From: a virus
Lineage: Duplodnaviria; Caudoviricetes
Length of the DNA stretch: 53,696 nucleotides
Virus record (IMG/VR): IMGVR_UViG_3300046171_000043
Span: 1 to 53,696 of that record
Reading direction: 5' to 3' (one strand)
Positions 17,337 to 27,262 of the stretch are shown piece by piece (the stretch's first letter is position 1; the number at the start of each line of letters is the position of its first letter). Under the pieces are notes generated by a model. It saw nothing but the letters and a program-made list of their open reading frames with translations. It made no database searches and was not told the DNA's origin. The position numbers and the translations under genes were made by a program.

Positions 17337-20300
17337 ATGGCAGGTTATACAAGACAGAGTGCTGCGGATATTGTTGCAGGTCAGATTATTAAGGCTGCAC
17401 CTGTAGCTGCTGAACTAGACCAAATCTTAGCAGCCTTTAATCAAGCTTCAGGACACAAACATGACGGTACTGCAGCCGAAGGTGCTTACGTCCCTCTTAT
17501 CTCAGACACGAATGCTTACACTAAAGTTGTTATAGACGAAGCAAACGATAGGATTAGTTTTTACACCAATGTCGGAAGTGCTGCCGTAGAGCAACTACGT
17601 ATCCAAGATGGTGCTATTGTTCCTGTAACAGATGAAGACGTTGACCTTGGTGCCACTGGTGCAGAGTTTAAAGATCTGTACATTGACGGTGTAGGTTACA
17701 TTGATTCTGTTGTGATTACAGGTGGTTCTATTGATGGTACTACTATTGGTGCTACTACTCCTGCTGCTGCTGACTTTACCACAATGGACACAACAGGTAA
17801 TGCCAGTGTTGGGGGAACGTTTGCAGTAACAGGTAACACAACACTATCTGGTACACTAGCAGTCACAGGTTCTTCTACATTCTCAGATACAGTTACTGTT
17901 CCGGGTCTTACAGCCACAGGAACTTCTACACTTTCTACGGTAGACATCAATGCAGGGACTATTGATAATACGGTTATTGGTGCTACTACTCCTGTTGCAG
18001 GTAGCTTTACTACTATTTCGACATCTGGACAAGCTACCCTGGCAACTGTTGATATTGACGGAGGTACTGCTGATAATATTATTATTGGTGGAACAACTCC
18101 AAACCTTATAACAGGTACAACAATCACAGCCAACACAGGCTTTACAGGTGACCTAACAGGAAACGTTACAGGTAACGTGACAGGCAATGTCACTGGTGAC
18201 CTTACAGGGGATGTAACAGGTAATGTCACAGGCAATGTGACAGGGAATATTACTGGAGATGTAACAGGTGATCTGACAGGTAATGTGACTGGTAACGTTA
18301 CAGGAAATGTTACAGGAAATGTAACTGGTGACTTAACTGGTAACGTAACATCTACAGGCACATCCTCATTTGCAGATATCAATATGTCTGGATCTGCAGG
18401 TATTGATATGGGGTCTGCCAAGATTACTTCTCTTGGTGCACCCACTGCTGATTCAGATGCAAGCACAAAGTGTTATGTTGACACACAGATCACTAACTTG
18501 ATTGGTGGTGCTCCAGGTGCTCTTGATACTCTCAACGAACTTGCTGCAGCCCTTAATGATGATGCTAATGCTTACAGCACTCTTACTACTTGCATAGGTA
18601 CTAAACTAGGTACTGCAGGTGGTACTATGACAGGTGACATTGACCTTGGTGCTAACAAGGCTACATCTACAGCTACACCTGCTACAGACGACACACTTAC
18701 TCGTAAGGGTTATGTAGATACTCAGGATGCTCTCAAACTGAGCTTGACTGGTGGTACAATGTCTGGTGCCATTGCAATGGGTACATCTAAGATCACAGGT
18801 CTAGGTGATCCAACTGCTGCTCAAGATGCAAGCACTAAGAATTACACAGACACTTGTGTTGCTACAGCAATGCCTCTATCAGGGGGTACATTCACAGGAA
18901 GTGTACAGACGACTTGTCCTATTATTTCTTGTTACACACCAACAAATGCATGTGATATCACAAATAAGTGTTATGTAGACGGTATCTTACAATCAGCTAC
19001 TGCAGCATGTACTTCTGCTGCTTGTGCATTAGCAAGTCAAACTGCTGCAGCCACAAGTGCTACTTGTGCAAGTAACTCAGCTACTGCTGCTGCCACATCA
19101 GCTAACAATGCAGCTACTTCTTACGATGACTTTGACGACAGATATCTTGGTAGCAAGTCTTCAGATCCTTCTGCAGATAATGACGGTGACGGTCTTCTAA
19201 CTGGTGCATTATACTGGAATACTACAGACAATGCTCTAAAAGTTTACACAGGATCTATTTGGTCCTCTGCAGCATTTACCCTTGGTGATGCTCTTACTCA
19301 AATTGCTGAAGACACTACACCACAACTAGGTGGAGCATTGGATGCTAACTCAAACTGCATCTACAATGCAACGAGTGTTTGTGCTACAAACCTATATGGT
19401 GCTTTCACTGGTGATCTAACAGGTAACGTCACAGGTTGTGTTTCTACACTAAGTAACTTCACAACAGACGATTTAACTGAGGGTGCTAACCAGTACTACA
19501 CAACAGGCAGAGTAGACAGTCACCTATCTGGTGGCACAGGTGTTACTTACTCCTCTGGTGCTATCTCAATTGGTCAGGACGTAGGGACATCTAGCAACGT
19601 ATGTTTTGGATCTGTCTGTGTATCTGCTAACCCCACACAAGCTTGCCAACTTGCAACAAAAGAGTACGTTGATACTATTGCTGCTGCAGGTATTCACTAC
19701 CACACTCCTGTACGTGTTGAGTCACCTACGGCTCTGTCAGCAAACTACAACAACGGATCTAGTGGTGTAGGGGCTACTCTAACAAACTCAGGTACACAGG
19801 CTGCTCTCGTTATTGACGGTGTAACACTTTCAACCAATGATCGTGTCCTTGTTTACAATCAAGCAACTGCAGCCCACAATGGTGTCTACACAGTAACTGA
19901 CACTGGTTCTGCAAGTACTAACTGGGTTCTTACTCGTGCTACAGATGCTGATAGTTACGGAGCTTCAGACCAAGATGCACTAGGGGAAGGGGATGCATTC
20001 TTCGTAAAAGAAGGTGATACAGGGGCAGGTGAATTGTATGTGATGAACACATCAGGTACAATTACATTTGGTACAACAGCTATTAGCTTTACTGTCGTAG
20101 CTGAGACTGCTGTCTATGAGGCAGGTTCAGGCTTGACACTAGATGGTACAACCTTTAACATTGGTGCAGGTACTGGTGTTACAGTAAATGCTTCCAACAT
20201 TGCTATCGGTCAGGCTGTCGGTACATCTGACACAGTAACCTTTGCTAGAGTATGTGCTCCTGTGACAGGTAATGTAACAGGAAACCTAACAGGTAATGTT

Positions 20301-20690
20301 ACAGGTAATCTTACTGGTAATGTCACAGGTAACGTAACTGGATCTTCAGGGTCTACAACAGGTAATGCAGCTACAGCAACTGCACTACAAACTGCTAGAA
20401 ACATAGCACTGTCTGGTGACGTTTCTGGTTCAGCATCATTTGATGGTACGGCTAACATCTCAATTACTGCAACAGTAGCAGATGACAGTCACAATCATAC
20501 AGTAGCTAACGTTGATGGACTAGCAACATGTCTATCAGGTAAAGCTTCTACTTCAGGTCAAACGTTTACAGGTAATATTCAAGCCCCAATCGTTTGTGCA
20601 ACAACATGTTTTGTTGGGGATGGCTCTGCCCTGACAGGAGTATCAGCAGGGGTAAGCCTTGCTAAATCTTATTTCATAGCAACGGCTTAA
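17337..20690 (+). CDS. Tail fibre protein with GNVT/GDLT repeats and scattered Cys
   Basis: GHKHDG N-terminal anchor, APGALDTLNELAAAL, DA.TK.YVD repeats, ATALQTARNIAL. Confidence 0.88.
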   Translation: MAGYTRQSAADIVAGQIIKAAPVAAELDQILAAFNQASGHKHDGTAAEGAYVPLISDTNAYTKVVIDEANDRISFYTNVGSAAVEQLRIQDGAIVPVTDEDVDLGATGAEFKDLYIDGVGYIDSVVITGGSIDGTTIGATTPAAADFTTMDTTGNASVGGTFAVTGNTTLSGTLAVTGSSTFSDTVTVPGLTATGTSTLSTVDINAGTIDNTVIGATTPVAGSFTTISTSGQATLATVDIDGGTADNIIIGGTTPNLITGTTITANTGFTGDLTGNVTGNVTGNVTGDLTGDVTGNVTGNVTGNITGDVTGDLTGNVTGNVTGNVTGNVTGDLTGNVTSTGTSSFADINMSGSAGIDMGSAKITSLGAPTADSDASTKCYVDTQITNLIGGAPGALDTLNELAAALNDDANAYSTLTTCIGTKLGTAGGTMTGDIDLGANKATSTATPATDDTLTRKGYVDTQDALKLSLTGGTMSGAIAMGTSKITGLGDPTAAQDASTKNYTDTCVATAMPLSGGTFTGSVQTTCPIISCYTPTNACDITNKCYVDGILQSATAACTSAACALASQTAAATSATCASNSATAAATSANNAATSYDDFDDRYLGSKSSDPSADNDGDGLLTGALYWNTTDNALKVYTGSIWSSAAFTLGDALTQIAEDTTPQLGGALDANSNCIYNATSVCATNLYGAFTGDLTGNVTGCVSTLSNFTTDDLTEGANQYYTTGRVDSHLSGGTGVTYSSGAISIGQDVGTSSNVCFGSVCVSANPTQACQLATKEYVDTIAAAGIHYHTPVRVESPTALSANYNNGSSGVGATLTNSGTQAALVIDGVTLSTNDRVLVYNQATAAHNGVYTVTDTGSASTNWVLTRATDADSYGASDQDALGEGDAFFVKEGDTGAGELYVMNTSGTITFGTTAISFTVVAETAVYEAGSGLTLDGTTFNIGAGTGVTVNASNIAIGQAVGTSDTVTFARVCAPVTGNVTGNLTGNVTGNLTGNVTGNVTGSSGSTTGNAATATALQTARNIALSGDVSGSASFDGTANISITATVADDSHNHTVANVDGLATCLSGKASTSGQTFTGNIQAPIVCATTCFVGDGSALTGVSAGVSLAKSYFIATA

Positions 20691-20709
20691 TTAAAAGAGG
20701 AAATTCAAT

Positions 20710-22494
20710 ATGGCTAGTGGAAGAACAAGCTGTACAGTTGGAAGTTATCAAACGGCAGAGGTGTACTCTAATACTTCTGGTGGTGCATCCTCTGTTACTT
20801 TAAATGCAACAAGCACAGACTCAACAAAGTGTTTTAAAATTAGTGTGAATATTTCAGATACTTCAATAACACCCCAAACGTTGCAAACTGTTTTATGTAG
20901 TTGCGCTTCACTTTGTGGTTGTCTTGACTACAGTCAGGTTGTATCTTATGGAACAGACACTGATGGCACCTTTAAGGGTGTAACATGTTATCAACCAGAC
21001 GTTGATGTGTTGCAAGGGTACCAAGGTCAGTTTACCTACACAAGGTGCACAGGGGACAGAGTTTCAAAAATAGCAGGACTTCCCAAATGCCCTCAAGTTG
21101 AGATGGGTATGCCTATGCCTTGGATTGGGTCTTTATCAACTTATTGTACGACAGATTTCGTGTGGATGCCTAATACTTGTTGGACAGCAGGTTTCAGACT
21201 TCAAAATTTTGTTCCACACGGAGGTACTGTTGAGCCAGAAAGAGTTTGTGAGTGGATAGCTGCAGGAAACTGCATTCAAGCAGCATACTGTTCTTGTGGT
21301 TGTACTGACAGAGATGGTTGTGCAGGTTCTTCTTCATGCTATTCCTATCGTCCAAACTACGGTGTTTATGGTTCAACATCAAATACAATAGTCAGTAATT
21401 GTTGCAGTATGTGGACCCAGGTTAGTATGGACTATTGGGCTACATTTAAACATATGGTTACGGTAGGCCCATCACAAAGCTGCTCTAACTGTATGTCAAC
21501 TAGGTACGCTTGCCCTAGGTGCCATGAAGCAACTGTAGCTACTTTGACACAATCAAATAACTGCCAAGATAATATGGGAGGTAACCATTGTTTTAACCAC
21601 TGCTTTGACTTCCATCATAGATGTGGTAATGGTAACTTTAGCAATGCCATTGGCTGTCTATGTAGTTGCCACGGTAATTTGCATAGAGCATGGCAGCAAA
21701 GTTGGTATAAAGCTATGTGTAACGTAGTTTGGATGTTTCCTTTAAATCTAAATCCAGGATTTGGAGAGTTAAGAGCAAAGCCATCAAATGTAACAAACCC
21801 TTGCATGTTGTACTGCCATTGTAATGAAGGGGGCCAATCTATGGCAAAGTTCTGCTTATGCATTGATGGTACAATGCCGATTAAGTGGGCTACATACAAC
21901 TGCATTGACGGTAAAAACTACTTTATGTGGCAACACCATAATGCACCAAACTGGAATGGCATCTACAGTATTGATGAAGATCAGTATACTTCTATTATTG
22001 ATCATACCTGCTGTTGTCAGTGTACATGTATAAACTATAATTCTGGTGATGAATTTCCTACAACTTTTGCTACAAAAGTAGCAGACCTTCCTCAAGATTG
22101 GGCAAGTGCTAATGCTAAAGATACTTACTTTGTCAATGCACACCAAGTTGGGCCAACTTGTTTTGTGACCCTGTTTGGTGTATTTGACAATTTATGTGAG
22201 TGTTTTAATATGGATAGGTACTATTCTTCTGATTTGAAAACATGGGATAAAACAGCTTCTGATGAAGTAGCTATCTCAACTAGTGAATCGGTTGCTTTGA
22301 CAGGAACAACTACATGTCTAGATGTTGTTTCAAGTAACTACGGAACTTTGTGTACTTCTGGCCAGATAGAACACAATACACAAGGTATTCAGTTAGAAAG
22401 AACTGGTCTAGTTACTTCAAACGGAGATAAGATATATGTCAAAAACATAGGTGACTCAGCAGCATCAATCAGTGTATGGGGGTACGAAGAGTAA
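20710..22494 (+). CDS. Cys-rich tail-associated protein (~48 Cys by hand count)
   Basis: C-terminal LERTGLV..GDKIYV..SVWGYEE structural-type motif; follows the fibre gene. Confidence 0.7.
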   Translation: MASGRTSCTVGSYQTAEVYSNTSGGASSVTLNATSTDSTKCFKISVNISDTSITPQTLQTVLCSCASLCGCLDYSQVVSYGTDTDGTFKGVTCYQPDVDVLQGYQGQFTYTRCTGDRVSKIAGLPKCPQVEMGMPMPWIGSLSTYCTTDFVWMPNTCWTAGFRLQNFVPHGGTVEPERVCEWIAAGNCIQAAYCSCGCTDRDGCAGSSSCYSYRPNYGVYGSTSNTIVSNCCSMWTQVSMDYWATFKHMVTVGPSQSCSNCMSTRYACPRCHEATVATLTQSNNCQDNMGGNHCFNHCFDFHHRCGNGNFSNAIGCLCSCHGNLHRAWQQSWYKAMCNVVWMFPLNLNPGFGELRAKPSNVTNPCMLYCHCNEGGQSMAKFCLCIDGTMPIKWATYNCIDGKNYFMWQHHNAPNWNGIYSIDEDQYTSIIDHTCCCQCTCINYNSGDEFPTTFATKVADLPQDWASANAKDTYFVNAHQVGPTCFVTLFGVFDNLCECFNMDRYYSSDLKTWDKTASDEVAISTSESVALTGTTTCLDVVSSNYGTLCTSGQIEHNTQGIQLERTGLVTSNGDKIYVKNIGDSAASISVWGYEE

Positions 22495-23207
22495 TGGGCA
22501 GACGATTAATAACATCTGCTTCTGAGGCAGCCTCTGGTGGTGGTGGGTACACTCTTTGCAATGATCTTTGTGTAACCTCTGTCAAAGCAGATACTTTTAC
22601 AAATAGCACAAACGGATGCAAACTAGCTCAATTTGAACTAATTGATTGTTGTGATGATTTCCTACATTCTGATTGTAATATGTCATTTGATTACTTAGAT
22701 ATAGCAACTAAGTACGATCTGATATGTTTTAATATATCTTTTCCTGTATCATCATCGGGGTGTAATGTAATATGTGCAAATTTAAACTTCAACAACTGTA
22801 AACTATGTTACGGATGTAGTAGTTCTTGTCCTTATTACACAGGTTGTTACCATTGTTCAGGAGGTTACTGTGTATCTTGTACACGAGATATGTTTGGGTA
22901 TAACTGTGCAATGACTTTCTGTCATGCTACCGTCATAGGAGAGATTTACCCTCTAAAAGGACAATCAGGTATGCAGTCATCCCCTGCAGGGATGGGATAC
23001 TGTGGAGTAGGTTATGACATACACTTAAAAGGTGAGCCTGGGTATTACTTTAGATCAATGGGTTTAAATAGGGGTTTTGTATTCTGCGGTTGTTGTAATA
23101 TTGGTTGGTCTACACTGACTGGTTTATCAATAGGTCACAACTGTGTTAGAAATGCTGTTCCAGGGAAATACTTTTTCTATGGTAGATTATGTCAAGGTCT
23201 AGATTAA
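22494..23207 (+). CDS. Cys-rich tail-associated protein (~25 Cys; likely start ATG 22494)
   Basis: ORF track; ends GKYFFYG like phage fibre-tip domains. Confidence 0.65.
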   Translation: MGRRLITSASEAASGGGGYTLCNDLCVTSVKADTFTNSTNGCKLAQFELIDCCDDFLHSDCNMSFDYLDIATKYDLICFNISFPVSSSGCNVICANLNFNNCKLCYGCSSSCPYYTGCYHCSGGYCVSCTRDMFGYNCAMTFCHATVIGEIYPLKGQSGMQSSPAGMGYCGVGYDIHLKGEPGYYFRSMGLNRGFVFCGCCNIGWSTLTGLSIGHNCVRNAVPGKYFFYGRLCQGLD

Positions 23208-23219
23208 AAGAGGTATAAA

Positions 23220-23525
23220 ATGGTTTCTGTTACAAAATTTGGTGGGACAAGGCTTGGTAAAACACCTGTTACCGTAGAAATTGAACTTACTGAAGAAGAG
23301 CTTACTATTCAGCAACAGAGTATATCTGATAAACTTAACGTGACAAATAGGAGTTTAAGAGATGAACTTTTGTCTTCTTCTGATTGGACTCAAGGGGCTG
23401 ATAGCCCACTAAGTGATTCAGATAAAGCTTTATGGGCTACTTATAGAACTCAACTAAGAGATATTACAACTCACGAAAACTGGCCTGACCTTAACCCTGA
23501 AGACTGGCCCACTAAACCTTCTTGA
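23220..23525 (+). CDS. Tail fibre assembly chaperone
   Basis: R..RD.LL..SDWTQ..D.PL...W.TYR..LRDI...WP.KP signature. Confidence 0.85.
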   Translation: MVSVTKFGGTRLGKTPVTVEIELTEEELTIQQQSISDKLNVTNRSLRDELLSSSDWTQGADSPLSDSDKALWATYRTQLRDITTHENWPDLNPEDWPTKPS

Positions 23526-23601
23526 TACAAAAGTAGTTTAGTGTTAAACTAATCACCAGTGCCTGTCGGCTCTGTAAAGATAATAATAAGAAAGAAGACT
23601 C

Positions 23602-24528
23602 GTGAAGAAACTATTTATGATTGACGGTGGGGCAGGTCGTGCTATTGCAGCTATTCCTGCTCTTATCAAGTATTCAAAGAAACATGATGACTTTGCTATA
23701 CTCGTACATGGATGGGATACACTATACTGGGGTATTCCAGAACTACAAGACAAAGTGTTTAATCCAGAACAAAAAGGAATCTTTGAGCACGTAGTTTTAA
23801 AGGCAGAAGAGATTATATCTCCTGAGCCATATCGAGTACCAGGTTACTTTAAACAAGAGAAATCACTAGCAGAAGCTTTTGACTACCTGATTAACAACAC
23901 AGACGATCACTCTGACCTTGGAAGTCCTGTTTTAAAAACAGCTAAGATGGAAGAGGTAAATGCTGCAGGTATGGTTCTAGATGTTAAGAATCAGCAACAA
24001 AAGCAAAAGACTATCGTTATTCAACCATTTGGTAGGTCTATTCAAAGACATCAAACTGGAGTTCTTGTTGATGAATCATCTCGTTCACTTGACCCTGACT
24101 CTTACCTAAAATTAGTAAAAAAGCTTTCTGCTAAATTTAATCTTGTCCTAATGGCAGAACAACAGTGTCATATCCAAGAAGACACTTACACTGTAAAACC
24201 AAATGCAGATTTAAGGATGTGGATTCCTTTTATTGATGCAGCAGACTACTTTATTGGTGTAGATTCTGTTGGGCAGCATATGGCTAGGGCATTAGGTAAA
24301 CCCGGCACAATTATTGTTGGTTCTACTTTTGCTGTTAACACCACATATCCAGACTACTTTAACATTGTGGAAAAAAAGGATGCTAAGAAATATTCACCTA
24401 TTCGTATCTCAGGTCTTGAAAGCCATTTAGCTGATAGAGCAAATGATACGTTAATGGACTTTAACGATGAAGAGATCAACAAGATCTATGCAAATATCTT
24501 AAAAGACATTGAAAAGAAGGTGAAGTAA
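23602..24528 (+). CDS. GT-B glycosyltransferase, GT9 (heptosyltransferase)-like
   Basis: N-terminal DGGAGRAI, IVIQPFG, ADYFIGVDSVGQHMARALGKP (GT9 DSG..H.A.A.G.P motif). Confidence 0.75.
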   Translation: MKKLFMIDGGAGRAIAAIPALIKYSKKHDDFAILVHGWDTLYWGIPELQDKVFNPEQKGIFEHVVLKAEEIISPEPYRVPGYFKQEKSLAEAFDYLINNTDDHSDLGSPVLKTAKMEEVNAAGMVLDVKNQQQKQKTIVIQPFGRSIQRHQTGVLVDESSRSLDPDSYLKLVKKLSAKFNLVLMAEQQCHIQEDTYTVKPNADLRMWIPFIDAADYFIGVDSVGQHMARALGKPGTIIVGSTFAVNTTYPDYFNIVEKKDAKKYSPIRISGLESHLADRANDTLMDFNDEEINKIYANILKDIEKKVK

Positions 24529-24529
24529 A

Positions 24530-26236
24530 ATGAATATCTTAGCAATTAACCCTGGGCATAACGGATCTGCTGCTTTGTTAGTAGACGGTGAACTAAAGTT
24601 CTACATTGAAGAAGAACGTCTTTCTCGTAATAAGTATGATGGTAATCCTTTTAAAGGAATGATGGAAGCACTAAAGTATGGTGTGGATGTCTTAGTTCTT
24701 GGTGGGACAAGTGAAGAGTTTCCTAGATTACCTTGGACTGGAGAAGATCCTTACTCTGGATTCCTACGTAAGTTTAACAGAAACTTAGAAGTTATAACTG
24801 TAGGCAATGCCCACCATGTAGGACATGCCGCAGGTGCTTTCTATAACTCAGGGTTTGACAAAGCTGTTGCCGTTATTGTTGACGGTTCTGGAACTCGAAG
24901 AGAAATTACAGTTAATAAAGACTTTAAAAACCCAGGTTTTGAAACAGAATCATTATTTAATTGTGACTATCATGACGGTATAAGAAATCTGTATACTAAG
25001 TACGGTGGCAACTACGACACTATGCCCATAGAGGACACCATGCTTGATATGGATAATGCAGTCACATTGGTGAAAGCATACGAAGCTGTTTCAGAGTACC
25101 TTGGCTTTGGTTTTATTGAAGCAGGTAAGACAATGGGTCTTGCTCCTTATGGTAAAGAAAACCCAGAAGTTCCTGAGCTATTTGTAGGGGGTAGAGGTAA
25201 CAAGAATGTTTTTATCCCTAGCTACCCTGCAGGAGCACACGTAGACCACAGAAAGTTTCCTTTACTAAAGCTAACAGGTAACCCAAGAGAGTGGCATCAA
25301 GACCCTACAAAAGTTACAGAAGGTGCTAAAGATTTAGCTTGGGCTGTGCAAGAAGATACACAACGTCTTGTTGGGGATTTGATTGAAAAAGCTGTAGAAA
25401 TGACAGACAGAAAGAATGTCGTTATTGCAGGGGGTTACGGTCTAAACTGTGTAGCTAATTATTACTACAAGAAACGTTTTCCTGATCTAAACATTTACGT
25501 TGATCCTGTTTCTCATGATGGTGGTACAGCTATTGGCTTAGCCTACCTAATTCATTACCAGAAGAATAAAGAAGATGAAACGAAACGTCCACTAAGTACA
25601 CTGTACCTTGGGCCTGAACGTAAAGAAAATTACGATCTAGAAGGATGCGACACAAAGGATGTTACCCCTGCTGATGTAGCTAAACTGATTGCAGAAAAGA
25701 ACATTGTTACGTTGTTCCAAGGCAGATCAGAGGCAGGGCCAAGAGCACTTGGTAACCGTTCTATCCTATATGACCCCACAGATCCTAATGGTAAAGACAC
25801 AGTGAACAAGGTCAAAGGCCGTGAATGGTTCAGACCCTTTGCAGGATCAATGCTCAAGGAATACTTTGAGGAATGGTTTGAAACACATGGAATGGAAGAG
25901 TCACCATTCATGATGTATGCAATGGACTTCAAGACTGACAAGCATGGGGAAGTTCCTGCTATCACACACGTAGATGGTACATGTCGTATTCAGACTGTAA
26001 CCAGAGAGCAGAACGAAGCCTATTATGATCTCATTGAAGAGTTCCGTAAGATCACTGGTGTACCAATCCTGTTTAATACAAGCTTCAACCTAGCAGGTGA
26101 ACCCCTTGTAGAAACACTAGAGGATGCACTGCACACCATGAAGAACTGTGACATTGATTACATGTACCTACCAGAGGTAGGGAAGCTTGTTACGGTAGCT
26201 TCTGAGCAAACTGAAGAAGATTCTCAAACACCTTAG
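24530..26236 (+). CDS. O-carbamoyltransferase (NodU/CmcH/TobZ family)
   Basis: GHNGSA, EEERLSR.K, HH.GHA, GKTMGLAPYG, GGYGLNC, EAGPRALGNRS, REWFRPFA, HVDGTCRIQTV, NTSFN. Confidence 0.95.
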   Translation: MNILAINPGHNGSAALLVDGELKFYIEEERLSRNKYDGNPFKGMMEALKYGVDVLVLGGTSEEFPRLPWTGEDPYSGFLRKFNRNLEVITVGNAHHVGHAAGAFYNSGFDKAVAVIVDGSGTRREITVNKDFKNPGFETESLFNCDYHDGIRNLYTKYGGNYDTMPIEDTMLDMDNAVTLVKAYEAVSEYLGFGFIEAGKTMGLAPYGKENPEVPELFVGGRGNKNVFIPSYPAGAHVDHRKFPLLKLTGNPREWHQDPTKVTEGAKDLAWAVQEDTQRLVGDLIEKAVEMTDRKNVVIAGGYGLNCVANYYYKKRFPDLNIYVDPVSHDGGTAIGLAYLIHYQKNKEDETKRPLSTLYLGPERKENYDLEGCDTKDVTPADVAKLIAEKNIVTLFQGRSEAGPRALGNRSILYDPTDPNGKDTVNKVKGREWFRPFAGSMLKEYFEEWFETHGMEESPFMMYAMDFKTDKHGEVPAITHVDGTCRIQTVTREQNEAYYDLIEEFRKITGVPILFNTSFNLAGEPLVETLEDALHTMKNCDIDYMYLPEVGKLVTVASEQTEEDSQTP

Positions 26237-26837
26237 TCTTCTTTCTTAGTTTCTCCTTAGAGAACTTTTGAAGATCTTTTTCAGTAGCTACCCCATGACC
26301 AGTACGTACTAAGATTGGGGTAGCACCAATACGATCCGCAGCTTTAAGATCTGTCATTTTATCACCTACGTAAAACCCTTTATCTTTAAATCTAATTTTG
26401 TTGTTGAACATTTCTTTTTCAGTACGGTGAAACATACCAAGATTAGGTTTTGCATAGTAGTCTTCTTTGAGTGAAGACTCAGCATAAAATAAACCATCAA
26501 TGGAGTAGATACCTGCATTGCCAAACACTTCCATCATACGTTGATGAATGGCATCCACTTGTGCATGGGTCTGCTCTTTTTTAATAATACCACCTTGGTT
26601 AGTTAAGATTACTACTTTGTAACCTTTTAATCTAATCATACGAATAGCTTCTAGTGATCCGGGGATAGGCTCCCAGTCATCAGGATCAGTAAGGTAGTGC
26701 CCTTTATCTATGTTGATAACACCGTCACGGTCTAGACCAACAATAGATTTAGGGAACACAGTAGGCCAATCAGGTGGTAGGTTTTGCTGTTGAACTTGTT
26801 GTGGGTCTTGTTCTATTATGTGTTTGAATCGAGACAT
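26190..26837 (-). CDS. gmhB: D,D-heptose 1,7-bisphosphate phosphatase-like HAD
   Basis: LDRDGVIN, LTNQGGI, KPNLGM, VGDKMTD. Confidence 0.85.
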   Translation of the reverse strand: MSRFKHIIEQDPQQVQQQNLPPDWPTVFPKSIVGLDRDGVINIDKGHYLTDPDDWEPIPGSLEAIRMIRLKGYKVVILTNQGGIIKKEQTHAQVDAIHQRMMEVFGNAGIYSIDGLFYAESSLKEDYYAKPNLGMFHRTEKEMFNNKIRFKDKGFYVGDKMTDLKAADRIGATPILVRTGHGVATEKDLQKFSKEKLRKKTKVFENLLQFAQKLP

Positions 26838-26851
26838 AGTGGATATTACCT

Positions 26852-27262
26852 ATGAAGAAAGTTTTTGTTAACGGTGCTTTTGATGTTTTGCACTCTGGAC
26901 ACCTTGATCTCCTTGATTTTGCAGGGATGTTAGGTGGTCATTTGCTAGTAGCTATTGACACAGACGCACGTATTGAGTATAACAAGGGTATCGGAAGACC
27001 TTTTAATCCTTTGTCAATACGTAAACATATAATGTCTATGTTGAAGCCTGTCAATAGTGTCACAGTATTTGGTTCAGATGAAGAGCTAGTTGACATCATA
27101 AGACAGTATGAACCAGACGTAATGGTAAAAGGCTCTGATTGGAAGGGGAAGACAATACTTGGGGAGGAGTACTGCAAAGAGATAGTATTCTACGAGAGAA
27201 CCAATGGGCAGTCTACCACAAAAGCAATCGAAGATTTTATTACTAGGAGACAGTTGTTATGA
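26852..27262 (+). CDS. hldC: Heptose-1-phosphate nucleotidyltransferase (HldE domain II-like)
   Basis: NGAFDVLHSGH, KG..RP, VKGSDW, STT. Confidence 0.85.
   Translation: MKKVFVNGAFDVLHSGHLDLLDFAGMLGGHLLVAIDTDARIEYNKGIGRPFNPLSIRKHIMSMLKPVNSVTVFGSDEELVDIIRQYEPDVMVKGSDWKGKTILGEEYCKEIVFYERTNGQSTTKAIEDFITRRQLL

Noticed and set aside
17696-18466. 256-aa antisense ORF (and similar ones at 12219, 20210, 38792)
   Set aside because: Shadow ORFs produced by repetitive or biased sense codons; no SD or protein motifs.
20710-23207. Diversity-generating retroelement target
   Set aside because: No reverse transcriptase and no template/variable repeat pair seen.
20710-23207. Multiheme cytochromes (one CxxCH at CPRCH)
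   Set aside because: Single isolated match among many Cys; no export signal; tail-gene context.
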